From contig JARKQN010000089.1 in the NCBI GenBank assembly GCA_029974835.1, forward strand, positions 4,499-68,498: 64,000 bases of DNA, in the 5' to 3' direction. The position numbers and the translations under genes were made by a program. The notes below the pieces were generated by a model. The model worked only from the letters and a program-made list of their open reading frames with translations. It searched no databases and was not told the origin of the DNA. Source of the stretch: Bacteroidales bacterium (GTDB lineage Bacteria > Bacteroidota > Bacteroidia > Bacteroidales > VadinHA17). This document shows, piece by piece, positions 1 to 10,277 of the stretch (positions are counted from its first letter, which is position 1; each line of letters begins with the position of its first letter).

Positions 1-314
1 TCCTGCAGGCTGGTAAGGAGGCCTGCAAGGTCTCCGGGTTTGTCAAGAACAGGTCCGGAAGTAGTTTTCATTCCCGAACCCATTTCATTTGCGATTATGG
101 CAGCAAGAGTTGTTTTACCAAGACCGGGAGGACCATGGAGCAAGACGTGGTCAAGTGCTTCTTTTCTTTGTTTTGCGGCAGTAACAAAAATGCGCAGATT
201 ATCTATTATCTGATTTTGACCTTTAAAATCCCTGAAGGAAAGAGGCCGCAATTGTTTCTCAAATTCTCTTTCATTAATGTCCAGGTTATCTTTCCTGACA
301 GAGATTTTATCCAT
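1..314 (-). CDS. ruvB: Holliday junction branch migration helicase RuvB, N-terminal part (open at window start)
   Basis: My own minus-strand translation from the ATG at 312-314 gives [79 protein letters not shown]... It has the Walker A motif GPPGLGKTT in a typical RuvB N-terminal context. It is absent from the ORF track because it runs off the window edge. Confidence 0.9.
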   Translation of the reverse strand, partial: MDKISVRKDNLDINEREFEKQLRPLSFRDFKGQNQIIDNLRIFVTAAKQRKEALDHVLLHGPPGLGKTTLAAIIANEMGSGMKTTSGPVLDKPGDLAGLLTSLQ

Positions 315-324
315 TATGCCGTTA

Positions 325-1881
325 CTATTTTATAAGTTTTACATCGCTTTCGGGAAGTCTGATTCTTATTCCGTTAATGCTTACTTCCATGTCATTTCTG
401 TAAGAAATGGTAAGGAAAACCGAACCATCCTCGTTGTATTTTTTCCATGTTTTTTCTCTTATCCCATTACGGTAATATCGCTCCTCTTTCACCCTGCCGT
501 TGTCGTAATAGTATACATGCAGGCCATCGGCATTTCCCTGCACATAATTTCCTTTATATCTCAATTTTCCGTCAGGATAATATGATTTCCACAGACCATC
601 CCGCAGACCCATAATAAACTTTCCCTCTTCAGCTGACTCTCCTGATCTGAATATCCATTCGCCGTTTCTTTCTCCGTCTGAATATTGTCCCTGGGCAATT
701 ATATCGCCGGCTCTTGAATATTCGGTATACATTCCATCCCTCTGACCCTGGAAATATTCTTCCTCCCTTAAGATAGAACCGTTTTCATAATACCATTTCC
801 AGAGTCCGTTTGGTCTGTCATTTAAAAATGAACCCGTCTGTTCAATTTTTCCTTCTCCGTTATAAAATTTCCAGACTCCTGTTTTTCTGTTATCGGTATA
901 TTGTCCTTCAGCGTTTATTTTACCATCAGGAAAGAAATCTTTCCAGGCTCCGTTTCTGTTTCCGGATTCATCAACTATTCCTTCAGAAATCAGAACTCCG
1001 TTATCGCTGTAAATCTTCGCGTTAATTACCCTGCCGTCGGAGTATTCCCTGTGTGTTCCCACAGGGACCTGATTTCTGTAAGGTCCGCTGTAAATAAGTT
1101 TTCCTGACTGATCGTAACGATTTACTATTTCTATATCGGGAGTATCTTCAACGTTTGATTTTACTATTCTTCCGTTTTCATACAACATTGTAAGAGTCAG
1201 GTTGCCTTTTGTGTCGTATTCTTTATAATATCCATGAAGAAGATCGTTTCTGTAAGAATATTCGGCTTTTACAGCGCCATTTGCATAGAATTCCTTCCAG
1301 ATACCCTGTCTTAAGCCTGAAGCATCCCTGCTGTTTATTTTTTCCCTGCTTACAAGAAAATCATTACTGTATTCCAGCAGGTTAATAATCTGTCCGTTTT
1401 GATCATATTCTTTCGAAAGACCCTCTTTTTTACCATTCCTGTAATTTATTACCTGCCGGACCTTGCCGTCGGGATAATAGATATATGCCGTTCCTTCCTT
1501 TTTATCTCCTGCAAAAAGTTCCTTTGAAAATATGTAAACACCGTATGCCGGATCCTTTTTATATTTCAGGTAATAACCATTCTTTTTACCGTAGAGGTAG
1601 CTTATTTTTTCAATTGTATCGCCCACCTGGTCATAAAAGACCCATATACTGTCAAGCAGGAAATTGTTTCTTTTCCCTTCCGATTTTAATACTCCTGTTA
1701 CATAATAACTTTTCCAGTAACCGTCAGGTTTTCCGTTTCTTATTAAACCTTCACCTGATATGCTTCCGTTCGGATAACGGAAAATATGATAGCCGTCAGG
1801 AAGTGTTTCGGTATTTTGTGCGAATAAATTTCCCGTAATAAAAATAAAAAATAAAACCCAACCTAACCTGCTCATTATCAA
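325..1881 (-). CDS. Secreted MORN-variant (YwqK-like) repeat protein
   Basis: 518-aa ORF with signal peptide [22 protein letters not shown]. It contains many tandem ~23-aa repeats of the form G.W..YY.NG....EG.Y..G...G. Its start overlaps the nadA stop by 4 nt. Confidence 0.7.
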   Translation of the reverse strand: MIMSRLGWVLFFIFITGNLFAQNTETLPDGYHIFRYPNGSISGEGLIRNGKPDGYWKSYYVTGVLKSEGKRNNFLLDSIWVFYDQVGDTIEKISYLYGKKNGYYLKYKKDPAYGVYIFSKELFAGDKKEGTAYIYYPDGKVRQVINYRNGKKEGLSKEYDQNGQIINLLEYSNDFLVSREKINSRDASGLRQGIWKEFYANGAVKAEYSYRNDLLHGYYKEYDTKGNLTLTMLYENGRIVKSNVEDTPDIEIVNRYDQSGKLIYSGPYRNQVPVGTHREYSDGRVINAKIYSDNGVLISEGIVDESGNRNGAWKDFFPDGKINAEGQYTDNRKTGVWKFYNGEGKIEQTGSFLNDRPNGLWKWYYENGSILREEEYFQGQRDGMYTEYSRAGDIIAQGQYSDGERNGEWIFRSGESAEEGKFIMGLRDGLWKSYYPDGKLRYKGNYVQGNADGLHVYYYDNGRVKEERYYRNGIREKTWKKYNEDGSVFLTISYRNDMEVSINGIRIRLPESDVKLIK

Positions 1882-2822
1882 ATATTAAGTTTTTCCGAGA
1901 TTTCCATCATCCTTACCAAAGGTTTCGCTGCTTTTTCCATCAGCTCTTCTTCAAGGATTATTTCAAACTTTTCATCCCGCAAAGATTCATATATTTTTTT
2001 TATTGTAATCAGTTTCATAAAATTACATTCACTGCATGCACATGTTGAATCTTTTGGCGGAACAGGAATAAATTTTTTGTCCGGATTGAATTTGATCATC
2101 TGATGGAAGATACCTGGTTCGGTTGCAACGATAAAAACTTTTTCACTGCTTTGTTTTGTATAATTCAGAAGTGCCGAAGTTGATCCTATAAAGTCGGCCA
2201 CCATTCTTACAGGCAGTTCACATTCAGGATGTACAATGATTTTAGCAGATTGAAATTCTTCTTTTAACTTAATTATACCTTCAAGGGAAAATGCCTCATG
2301 AACATGACAGGTTCCTTCCCATACTATTATGTCTCTTGTGGTTTTGCTTTTTATGTAATTTCCAAGATTTCTGTCTGGTGCAAATATTATTTTTTCCCCG
2401 GGAGGCAAAGACTCAATAATTTTCAGTGCATTTGATGAAGTACAGATTATGTCAGACAATGCTTTTATTTCAGCTGTTGTATTTACATATGTAACCACAG
2501 TACGACCGGGATTGTCATTTATAAATTTCTTAAATTCTTCGGGTTTGCACGAATCGGCAAGTGAACAGCCTGCTTCGGTATCAGGAATAAGTACCTTTTT
2601 CTGTGGTGAAAGTATTTTTGCTGTTTCGGCCATAAATTTTACACCTGCAAGAACAATTATCTGTGCATCAGTCATCCTGGCTCTTCTGGCCAGCTCCAGA
2701 CTGTCGCCAATATGATCAGCTATATCCTGTATGTCACCGGTCTGATAATAATGAGCCAGTATTACAGCATTCTTTTTAGACCTGAGTTTATTAATTTCAA
2801 ATATGTAATCTGAAATTTCCAT
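1878..2822 (-). CDS. nadA: Quinolinate synthase A
   Basis: 314-aa ORF. The N-terminus KNAVILAHYYQ..DIQDIADHIGDSLELAR, conserved Cys-containing segments (GCSLADSC, VHPEC, TCACSECNFM) and overall length fit NadA. Confidence 0.88.
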   Translation of the reverse strand: MEISDYIFEINKLRSKKNAVILAHYYQTGDIQDIADHIGDSLELARRARMTDAQIIVLAGVKFMAETAKILSPQKKVLIPDTEAGCSLADSCKPEEFKKFINDNPGRTVVTYVNTTAEIKALSDIICTSSNALKIIESLPPGEKIIFAPDRNLGNYIKSKTTRDIIVWEGTCHVHEAFSLEGIIKLKEEFQSAKIIVHPECELPVRMVADFIGSTSALLNYTKQSSEKVFIVATEPGIFHQMIKFNPDKKFIPVPPKDSTCACSECNFMKLITIKKIYESLRDEKFEIILEEELMEKAAKPLVRMMEISEKLNI

Positions 2823-3246
2823 TAGTTTTCAACTTATTTACTTTCCACATTAATATCAAATAAAAAGTAAATTTAATTTTTATGAGTAATATGATATCCT
2901 GTTAATAGTGTTAAAAAATTTTATGGTTAAAGACAATATTAATTTATTCATATTTTATGCAACGCTTTATTAACATGACAAAAAACATACCAATTCTGAA
3001 AATCAAATTTTTACACAAGAAATAAACAATTGTTAACTTAAAAAAATATTCATAATATAAAAAACAAATTTACGGTTTCTGGTGTTCATAAATGTCAGAA
3101 AGAATATTGAAATAAAATCATAATTTCCGTGAAGAATCAAAAATTGGTTGGTATAAAGCAAAAATGAAAGTTTTTAAACAACTTTTAATATCAATATTAA
3201 CAGCAGCGGGTTAAAAATAAAATTTGAATATTTTATCAATGGTATA

Positions 3247-3254
3247 TACCTTTG
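3247..3254 (+). promoter_or_regulatory. Candidate Bacteroidota -7 promoter box (TAccTTTG) for rpiB-rrf2
   Basis: TACCTTTG matches the TAnnTTTG consensus and lies 16 nt upstream of the ATG at 3270. A TTTG at 3223-3226 could serve as the -33 element. Confidence 0.35.
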
Positions 3255-3269
3255 GGCGATTACGGATTT

Positions 3270-3737
3270 ATGAACGAATCAGTCATTAAGGTGGAAAAAA
3301 CGACAATAGGGATTGCTTCTGACCACGCGGGGTATTTTCTTAAATGCAGGATAATAGATTATTTCAGAAAAAATAATATAGATTTTAAGGATTTTGGCGC
3401 ATACAATGACGAAAGTTCAGATTATCCTGAATATGCACATTTGCTGGCAACGGCAGTATTATCGGGGGAGTGCAGACTGGGAATATCCATTTGCGGTACA
3501 GGGAACGGAATAAATATGACGGTAAACAAACATCAGGGAATCAGAAGCGCCCTTTGCTGGAATGAAGAGATTGCCAGACTTGCAAGAGCACATAATGACG
3601 CAAATATATGTGCACTTCCCGGGAGATATATTTCGGAACCTGAGGCTATACTGATGGTTCGGACTTTTCTGTCAACCGAATTTGAAGGAGGCAGACATCT
3701 GAGACGAATATTGAAAATACCCTTAAAGAGTAACTGA
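3270..3737 (+). CDS. rpiB: Ribose-5-phosphate isomerase B (LacAB/RpiB family)
   Basis: Motifs IGIASDHAGY and ICGTGNGINM (catalytic Cys loop) are present. The track start at 3252 is a TTG; I prefer the ATG at 3270 (MNESVIK...). The TGA stop abuts the next ATG (TGAATG). Confidence 0.85.
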   Translation: MNESVIKVEKTTIGIASDHAGYFLKCRIIDYFRKNNIDFKDFGAYNDESSDYPEYAHLLATAVLSGECRLGISICGTGNGINMTVNKHQGIRSALCWNEEIARLARAHNDANICALPGRYISEPEAILMVRTFLSTEFEGGRHLRRILKIPLKSN

Positions 3738-4169
3738 ATGTTATCGAATACCTGTAAATATGGTATCAGGGCGCTTTCATATATTGCCGGAAGATCTGAC
3801 GGAAAAAAGATCATTGGAATAAAAAAGATTTCGGAAGATCTCAATCTTCCGACCCCTTTTCTGTCAAAAGTTTTACAGCAGCTTGTTAAGAATAAAATAC
3901 TTAAGTCATCAAAAGGCCCGCATGGCGGTTTCGTATTCCTTAAGGATCCCGGCCAGGTATCATTATTTGACGTAATACTGATTATTGACGGTGACGATTT
4001 TTTCCAGACCTGCGTTATACACAACAGGTCGTGTGAATCGGAAGGAAAACTTTGTCCGGTTCACAATGAATTTACAAGGATAAGGGATGAAATAACGGAA
4101 CTGTTCAAAAACACATCGATTCGTGATCTTGTAAAAAATGAGTCAGGTTCGGAAAACATTATTTTTTGA
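3738..4169 (+). CDS. Rrf2-family transcriptional regulator with a putative Fe-S ligand set
   Basis: The N-terminal wHTH MLSNTCKYGIRALSYIA...PFLSKVLQQLVKNKIL is typical of Rrf2. Cys92, Cys99, Cys106 and His109 are spaced much like the IscR/NsrR cluster ligands. Confidence 0.85.
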   Translation: MLSNTCKYGIRALSYIAGRSDGKKIIGIKKISEDLNLPTPFLSKVLQQLVKNKILKSSKGPHGGFVFLKDPGQVSLFDVILIIDGDDFFQTCVIHNRSCESEGKLCPVHNEFTRIRDEITELFKNTSIRDLVKNESGSENIIF

Positions 4170-4541
4170 ATTTTTTTCCGGGCTCATGATAAGATACCAT
4201 GACAACATTGCAAGAAATATTCCTGCGAGATTGAAAAGTTCGTCATAAATTTCTCCGCTTCTTGTTTTTGTAACAAGAGGTTGCAGAACCTCTATTATCA
4301 GGCCGAATATCACCGGAATGAGGCCGAGATAGAAATAATTTCGTTTGCGGAAAAGCTTTCTCCGGTTTTCGTAAAACATGGTGAAAGTAAATGAAAAGTA
4401 CATTAAGGCATGAATGATTTTATCGGCTCCGTGTACTTTTAACAGTTTTATTTTACCAAGTTCCGAAGGATTGATAAAGCTCGCGGTTATTATTGCCAGA
4501 GCCATAAGAATAGAAAGGATATTATTTCTTATGAATTTCAT
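4143..4541 (-). CDS. VanZ-like family membrane protein
   Basis: 132 aa with four hydrophobic segments. The ADKIIHALMYF and DELFNLAG motifs resemble the VanZ family. Its end overlaps the Rrf2 3' end in a convergent arrangement. Confidence 0.6.
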   Translation of the reverse strand: MKFIRNNILSILMALAIITASFINPSELGKIKLLKVHGADKIIHALMYFSFTFTMFYENRRKLFRKRNYFYLGLIPVIFGLIIEVLQPLVTKTRSGEIYDELFNLAGIFLAMLSWYLIMSPEKNSKNNVFRT

Positions 4542-4604
4542 GATTGTAAAAATAACAATTGATGCTGAAAGGGAATAAATTTTTAAATTTAATGCAGGAA
4601 ATTA

Positions 4605-5735
4605 ATGGCAGGGATATATATACACATACCGTTTTGCAAAACCATCTGCCCGTACTGTGACTTTTACAGTATTGTTGAAAGCGACGGGCATGATACCTTT
4701 GTTGAAGCGCTTCTTAAGGAAGCTGATCAGAGAAGAGATTACCTGGGAGGGGAATCAGTATCTACTATTTATTTCGGGGGTGGAACACCGTCGGTGCTTC
4801 CGGTTGAACTTCTGGATTTGATTCTGAACAGGCTGCGGAAACTATTTCCGGTTACCGGTAATCCCGAAATTACTATTGAGCTGAATCCGGATGATGTAAA
4901 TACCGGATACCTGAAAAACTTGAAAAAAGCGGGATTTACAAGGCTCAGTTACGGAATACAGTCGTGGGACGAAAAAATTCTGAAATTTCTCAGGAGAAGA
5001 CATACGGCGGAACAATCGGCAGAAGCTATTGAGAATGCATTAAAAGCAGGATTTGAAAATATTTCGGCAGACCTGATTTATGGTATCCCTGGCCAGACCA
5101 ATGAATTATGGTCTGAAACACTTGATATTACGCTGGGTTTTGATCTGAAGCATATTTCCGCGTATCATCTTACAATTGAGCCAGGGACTCCTTTCGGGAA
5201 ATTGAAGGAAGCCGGAAAACTGGCAGAAGCAGATGAAGAAACAAGCAATGCCCAGTTTGAAATACTTGTTGAAAAAACCGGAAAAGCAGGATTTATCCAG
5301 TATGAGATTTCCAATTTCGGAAAAGAGGGGTGGTTCTCGGAGCATAACAGCAATTACTGGAAGCAGATCAGTTATCTGGGGCTCGGCCCGTCGGCACATT
5401 CATTCAATAAAATTTCCCGCCAGTGGAATATTAAAAGTGTGGCTAAATATGTGAAAGCTGTAAACCAGGGTAAAAGTTACTTTGAATACGAGGAACTTGA
5501 CTCAAGAAAAAGGTTTAATGAATACATTATCACTTCTCTCAGGACAATGTGGGGACTGGACCTGGATTTTATTGAGCAGAATTTCGAAAAAGAAGGTTAC
5601 GATTATGTAATGAACCTTTCTTCAAGATTTATTAATTACGGGTTAATGAGGAAAGAAGATAACAGACTTGTACTGACCAATCAGGGCAAGGTAATCTCGG
5701 ACAATATTATTACGGAGTTTATAATGGTTTCCTGA
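4605..5735 (+). CDS. hemW: Radical SAM heme chaperone HemW (HemN-like, coproporphyrinogen III oxidase family)
   Basis: YIHIPFCKTICPYCDF contains the radical SAM CxxxCxxC motif. GGGTPS is present, and the 376-aa length with a HemN_C-like tail fits HemW. Confidence 0.85.
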   Translation: MAGIYIHIPFCKTICPYCDFYSIVESDGHDTFVEALLKEADQRRDYLGGESVSTIYFGGGTPSVLPVELLDLILNRLRKLFPVTGNPEITIELNPDDVNTGYLKNLKKAGFTRLSYGIQSWDEKILKFLRRRHTAEQSAEAIENALKAGFENISADLIYGIPGQTNELWSETLDITLGFDLKHISAYHLTIEPGTPFGKLKEAGKLAEADEETSNAQFEILVEKTGKAGFIQYEISNFGKEGWFSEHNSNYWKQISYLGLGPSAHSFNKISRQWNIKSVAKYVKAVNQGKSYFEYEELDSRKRFNEYIITSLRTMWGLDLDFIEQNFEKEGYDYVMNLSSRFINYGLMRKEDNRLVLTNQGKVISDNIITEFIMVS

Positions 5736-5744
5736 CAAAGGGAA

Positions 5745-6644
5745 TCAGCGGCCTGTGAGCATGAATTTTGTTGTCCCTATCATATTTCCTTCGAGGTATA
5801 GTTCGGCAGTATAATTACCCGGGATAAAATCACCGGTGTTGTCTACAAAAATGCACATGTCAATATCCTGATTCATATAGTCCACGCTACGGCTTTCGGT
5901 GAATACCATTTTTGTTTCACCGAAATCAAAAAGGTTATCCGGACTTATTGCAATTACCAGCTGATCGGGGCGTATAATTCTGAGATATACGGTTTTTTTA
6001 CCTGCCTGTGCAATCGGATTCTCCCTAAGGGTGAAGCAGACACGCAGTTTATCAAGCCTGTCTGTCCTGGTTGTTTCCTTCCGGTTTTTATTCAGGGCAA
6101 CTGCAATTATGTCTTTTGCCATGATAACGGAAGCAATTTCCACCTTGGTAGAAAGTTCGGCTTTTACTTTTTCAAGTTCAACATTGGTTTTTTCTACCTG
6201 GTTAATTTTTTGTCTTATATTCTGATTTTCAGCACTAAGAAGCTTATTCCGTGTATTGAGGGAGTCAATCTGCACAATATAGCTTTTCATTATTTCCCTC
6301 ATTGTTGTTATCTCGGCCCTGTAGGTTTTTATTAGCTGCACGTTCGACGCATTTATTTCGAGCAGTCGACGTATTCTTTCACGCTCTTTTAATAGCCGGG
6401 CATTAAGGGTATCATTGCTGCTTTTTAACGTATCGTACCCGTGCATAAGCTTTCTAAGTTCGTTTGCGAGGCTGTCTTTTTCGTGAGTAAGAACAGCTTC
6501 CATCTCAACCATCCTGTTTTTCTGAGAAAAATAGCTGAAGATCATCACAGCAAGAATAATAGTCAGAACGACAGTTGAAAAGATCAGAAAAACAGGTGCT
6601 TTTCTTTCACTGTTTTCGCTATTTATGCGGCCCGGTTCATTCAT
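5745..6644 (-). CDS. Membrane-anchored coiled-coil protein, function unknown
   Basis: 299 aa with an N-terminal TM segment (APVFLIFSTVVLTIILAVMIFSYF). A long heptad-like charged region follows, then a C-terminal beta-rich domain. I recognise no family motif. Confidence 0.5.
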   Translation of the reverse strand: MNEPGRINSENSERKAPVFLIFSTVVLTIILAVMIFSYFSQKNRMVEMEAVLTHEKDSLANELRKLMHGYDTLKSSNDTLNARLLKERERIRRLLEINASNVQLIKTYRAEITTMREIMKSYIVQIDSLNTRNKLLSAENQNIRQKINQVEKTNVELEKVKAELSTKVEIASVIMAKDIIAVALNKNRKETTRTDRLDKLRVCFTLRENPIAQAGKKTVYLRIIRPDQLVIAISPDNLFDFGETKMVFTESRSVDYMNQDIDMCIFVDNTGDFIPGNYTAELYLEGNMIGTTKFMLTGR

Positions 6645-6774
6645 TTTCAGAAAATTGTTTATAGAGCTGGTAAAAATAATAATATCCGATTATATTTATG
6701 ATCTCATGGTAAAGAAATAACGTTATTTGCAAGCTTATTGATATAAAACGGTTTAATTAAAATCATCTTTCTGA

Positions 6775-8178
6775 ATGAGTGGATTTTTTGGAGTCATATC
6801 CGGAAATAATTGTGTAAACGAGGTATTTTACGGTACAGATTATCATTCACATCTAGGAACCAGGCGGGCCGGGCTGGTGTTTAATCTGGCCGGCAAAGGC
6901 TTCTGGCGTTCAATCCATAACATTGAAAACGCATATTTCAGGAATAAGTTTGAATCTGAACTGGCAGGGCTGGAAAGCAATTCAGGAATAGGTATTATCA
7001 GCGATACCGACCCTCAACCGCTTGTTTTTAATTCCCATCTTGGCCGTTTTGCAATAGTAACCGTAAGCAGACTTGTTAATATTTTTGATCTCGAAAAATA
7101 TTTTCTTGATAAAAAGGAACATTTTACAGAACATTTTGAGGGTAATATCAATCCGACCGAAATTGTATCGAAACTGATTTGTGAGAAGAATGACTTTGTG
7201 GAAGGAATTGAAAATGTGTTCGGGAGAATCAAGGGATCCTGTTCGCTTCTGATCCTTACGGAAAATGGCATAATTGCCGCCCGGGACAAACTGGGAAGAA
7301 CACCCGTGGTGATAGGAAAACGGGAAGGGGCTTTTGCTGTAGCCACAGAATCAAGTTCTTTTGCAAATACAGGATTTTCCACCGAATATTTTCTGGGACC
7401 TTCGGAGATAGTTCTTATCACAGCCGAAGGAATTACACAACTGAAAAAACCTGCCGAAAAAATGCAGATATGTGCATTCCTGTGGGTTTATTTCGGATAT
7501 CCGCCATCATATTATGAAGGGATAAATGTTGAAGAATGCCGTAACAGGTGTGGTGCAGCTCTAGCAAAAAGGGACAAAACCGAAGCAGACTTTGTTTGCG
7601 GCATACCCGATTCGGGGATAGGTCATGCAGTCGGGTACAGCAACGAGAAAAAGCTTCCCTATAAACGGGCTTATTCAAAATATACCCCTACATGGCCCAG
7701 AAGTTTTATGCCACAGGACCAGAACCAGAGAGACCTGGTGGCAAAGATGAAACTCATTACAAATGATCAGATTATCAGGGATAAAAAGATAATATTCCTT
7801 GACGACAGTATAGTAAGGGGAACCCAGTTAAAAGAGTGTACTGAAGAACTCAGAAAATCGGGAGCAAAAGAAGTTCACATGCGAATAGCCTGTCCCCCGC
7901 TTCTTTATCCCTGCATTTTCCTGAACTTTTCACAGTCCAGGTCTATCTATGAACTTGCCGGCAGAAAAGCCATAAGGCAGCTCGGGGGTGAAGACAAAGA
8001 CATAGCAGAATACTCCGATCCTGATTCGGAGAAGTACAGGAAGATGGTTGATTGCATAACCCAAAACCTTGGACTTGATTCGTTACTTTACCAGCGGCTC
8101 GACGACCTGGTTGAGGCTATCGGCTTACCCAGGGAAAAACTTTGCATGCACTGCTGGGACGGATCGGGTTATTTTTAA
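6775..8178 (+). CDS. Amidophosphoribosyltransferase-like protein (class II GATase-like N-domain plus PRTase domain) lacking the N-terminal Cys
   Basis: The PRPP loop IIFLDDSIVRGTQ is present. The N-domain resembles PurF but begins MSGFFGV. C-terminal Cys residues (CPPLLYPC, CMHCWDG) are present. An in-frame TGA sits immediately upstream of the ATG. Confidence 0.75.
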   Translation: MSGFFGVISGNNCVNEVFYGTDYHSHLGTRRAGLVFNLAGKGFWRSIHNIENAYFRNKFESELAGLESNSGIGIISDTDPQPLVFNSHLGRFAIVTVSRLVNIFDLEKYFLDKKEHFTEHFEGNINPTEIVSKLICEKNDFVEGIENVFGRIKGSCSLLILTENGIIAARDKLGRTPVVIGKREGAFAVATESSSFANTGFSTEYFLGPSEIVLITAEGITQLKKPAEKMQICAFLWVYFGYPPSYYEGINVEECRNRCGAALAKRDKTEADFVCGIPDSGIGHAVGYSNEKKLPYKRAYSKYTPTWPRSFMPQDQNQRDLVAKMKLITNDQIIRDKKIIFLDDSIVRGTQLKECTEELRKSGAKEVHMRIACPPLLYPCIFLNFSQSRSIYELAGRKAIRQLGGEDKDIAEYSDPDSEKYRKMVDCITQNLGLDSLLYQRLDDLVEAIGLPREKLCMHCWDGSGYF

Positions 8179-8193
8179 ACTTTAAAAGATTTC

Positions 8194-9039
8194 ATGATGA
8201 AATACATAGGTGCACATGTAAGTGCCGAAGGCGGTGTACAGAATGCCCCGTTAAATGCCGCTGCCATTGGAGCAAAAGCTTTTGCACTATTTACAAAGAA
8301 CCAGAAACAATGGTTTGCGAAACCGCTTTCCAAAGAAGCCGTAAAACAATTCAGGGATAATTGTGAAAAACTTAATTTCAGGCCATTCCAGATACTTCCG
8401 CACGACAGTTACCTGATAAATCTCGGTAATCCTGAAAGAGAAGCTCTTGAAAAATCCAGGGAATCATTTCTGGATGAGATGAGACGCTGTGAAATACTCG
8501 GGCTCGACAGGCTGAACTTCCACCCGGGAAGCCACCTTGGGAAAACAGATGAGGAAAGCTGCCTGAGGACAATTGCCGAATCGATAAATATTTCACTTGA
8601 TAAGACAAAGGGAGTGACAGCGGTAATAGAGAACACGGCAGGCCAGGGAACAAACCTGGGTCACCGTTTCGAACAAATCAGGTATATTATAGATCACGTG
8701 GAAGATAAATCGAGGGTTGGCGTATGCTTCGATACCTGTCATGCTTTTACCGCCGGATATGAAATCAGAACAGGGGAGGGATTCAAACGGACCTTTGAGG
8801 ATTTTGATAATATAATTGGTTTAGAGTACCTTAAGGGAATGCATATCAATGATTCCAAAAAAGACCACGCCTCAAGGGTTGACAGGCATGAGAACCTCGG
8901 GAAAGGATTTCTCGGGGAAGAGGTTTTCAGGCTGATCGTAAATGATCCAAGGTTTGATGATATGCCTCTTATTCTGGAAACGCCGGAAGATTCATTATGG
9001 CAAGAAGAAATTGAACGTCTCTACTCATTCATCGGCTGA
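8194..9039 (+). CDS. nfo: Endonuclease IV (deoxyribonuclease IV)
   Basis: Motifs [29 protein letters not shown] and MHINDSK match the Nfo metal-binding pattern. The start could be 8194 or 8197 (MMKY). Confidence 0.9.
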   Translation: MMKYIGAHVSAEGGVQNAPLNAAAIGAKAFALFTKNQKQWFAKPLSKEAVKQFRDNCEKLNFRPFQILPHDSYLINLGNPEREALEKSRESFLDEMRRCEILGLDRLNFHPGSHLGKTDEESCLRTIAESINISLDKTKGVTAVIENTAGQGTNLGHRFEQIRYIIDHVEDKSRVGVCFDTCHAFTAGYEIRTGEGFKRTFEDFDNIIGLEYLKGMHINDSKKDHASRVDRHENLGKGFLGEEVFRLIVNDPRFDDMPLILETPEDSLWQEEIERLYSFIG

Positions 9040-9836
9040 CCGGTTTTTTCTATTCCTGACAATATTTTTTCGACGATGTCTGTTGAATTCAATAATCTGA
9101 CAGTGGTTTCGTAACCGATCCTGAACACTTCCTCCGATTTTTCCGGATCAAGCAGGGGATATTTAATCAGTTCGGAAGGCGCAATCAGCAGGTCAAACTT
9201 GTTTTTCTTGGAGATCACCTCCCTGGAAAGGTTCAGCAGGAAGGTTCTTTCAGCAATTTTTATCAGATTGCTGAAACTTTTTTCCGGTCCTGTGGGATTT
9301 ACATACGATCCGATTTTTATCCTGCATATCTTTTCGAGAGGTTTTACCGGGAGATTATCAAGAACCCCGCCGTCAACATAAGTGATATTATCAATTACTA
9401 CCGGTTTGAACAGGACAGGTATGCTGGCCGAGGCAATGACGCATTTTACCAGATCTCCTGAAGAGAAATAAACGGCCTGACCGTTATTGAAATCGGTTGC
9501 AGTGACAAAAAGCTTATATTTCAGTTCGTCAAAAGTTTTTGCTCTCAGGCACTGTTTCAGTTTTTTCTGTACACCCGATATTTCGAGTAATCCGGTCTTG
9601 CCGACAGAAGGTTTCATAAAATCAAGCCAGCGGGGTGAACCCATGATTTCGAGTATCTCATCAGGCTTATAGCCGTCGGCGTAAAGGACTCCGGCAATAG
9701 CACCGGCACTTGTCCCTGATATTACCTCGGGGTATATGCCGGCTTCGTTAAGTGCTTTCAGAACACCGGCGTGCGCAAATCCTCTTGCACCTCCGCCGCT
9801 TAAGGCAATCCCGGTATTAAACATTTTCTGGACCAT
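9021..9836 (-). CDS. Patatin-like phospholipase
   Basis: It has the GGGARG oxyanion motif, the GTSAG nucleophile elbow and the DGGVLDN catalytic Asp motif. I prefer the internal Met ([16 protein letters not shown]) over the track start at 9929. Confidence 0.8.
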   Translation of the reverse strand: MVQKMFNTGIALSGGGARGFAHAGVLKALNEAGIYPEVISGTSAGAIAGVLYADGYKPDEILEIMGSPRWLDFMKPSVGKTGLLEISGVQKKLKQCLRAKTFDELKYKLFVTATDFNNGQAVYFSSGDLVKCVIASASIPVLFKPVVIDNITYVDGGVLDNLPVKPLEKICRIKIGSYVNPTGPEKSFSNLIKIAERTFLLNLSREVISKKNKFDLLIAPSELIKYPLLDPEKSEEVFRIGYETTVRLLNSTDIVEKILSGIEKTGQPMNE

Positions 9837-9965
9837 ATAGAGACACTGTAAACTTTTATAAGTCAAAGATAATACAAAAGACCGGAGCCTGTGAATAAAA
9901 TCGAGTGGAACTGTAATGAATTCTGCCATTTATTGCTAATTTGGCAGCAATTGAAAGGAGTTTCT

Positions 9966-10265
9966 ATGAAAGAGCAGTATTTACTTATTGCCCGCGACGG
10001 AAAAGATTCCGGTGCGGAAGAGAGAAGACTCAATGTTCGTCCCGCCCATCTGGACAAGATCCGGGAATTGAAGAAAAGCGGAGAATTTTTATTCGGCGGA
10101 GCCATTCTCGATGAAAATGGGATAATGAGGGGCTCAATGATACTTTATGAAGTATCAGGCAGAGAGAGGCTGGACGAAATCCTGAAGGATGAGCCATATA
10201 TTTCAGGCGGTGTCTGGAAAGATATTGAGATTGTACCCTTCAGGCTTGCGAAAATAGATGTTTAA
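9966..10265 (+). CDS. YciI-family protein
   Basis: About 99 aa from the ATG at 9966 (MKEQYLLIARDGKD...RPAHLD...GGA...PY). The size and pattern fit YciI-like proteins. The track extension from 9891 lacks family features. Confidence 0.6.
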   Translation: MKEQYLLIARDGKDSGAEERRLNVRPAHLDKIRELKKSGEFLFGGAILDENGIMRGSMILYEVSGRERLDEILKDEPYISGGVWKDIEIVPFRLAKIDV

Positions 10266-10277
10266 AATAATATCAGT

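Noticed and set aside
2823-3251. A roughly 430-bp very AT-rich gap between nadA and rpiB, considered as a possible ncRNA, mobile-element scar or replication-related element.
   Set aside because: I saw no terminal inverted repeats, no tRNA-like or structured GC-rich segments, and no DnaA-box clusters. It is most simply a divergent promoter region.
3252-3269. N-terminal extension of rpiB from a TTG start, as given in the ORF track.
   Set aside because: The extension overlaps the TAccTTTG promoter-like box. The ATG at 3270 gives a typical RpiB N-terminus.
9837-9929. A 31-aa N-terminal extension of the patatin-like gene, and the 25-aa extension of the YciI gene on the other strand (9891-9965).
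   Set aside because: The two extensions overlap each other in the divergent promoter region. The family motifs begin only after the internal Met codons.
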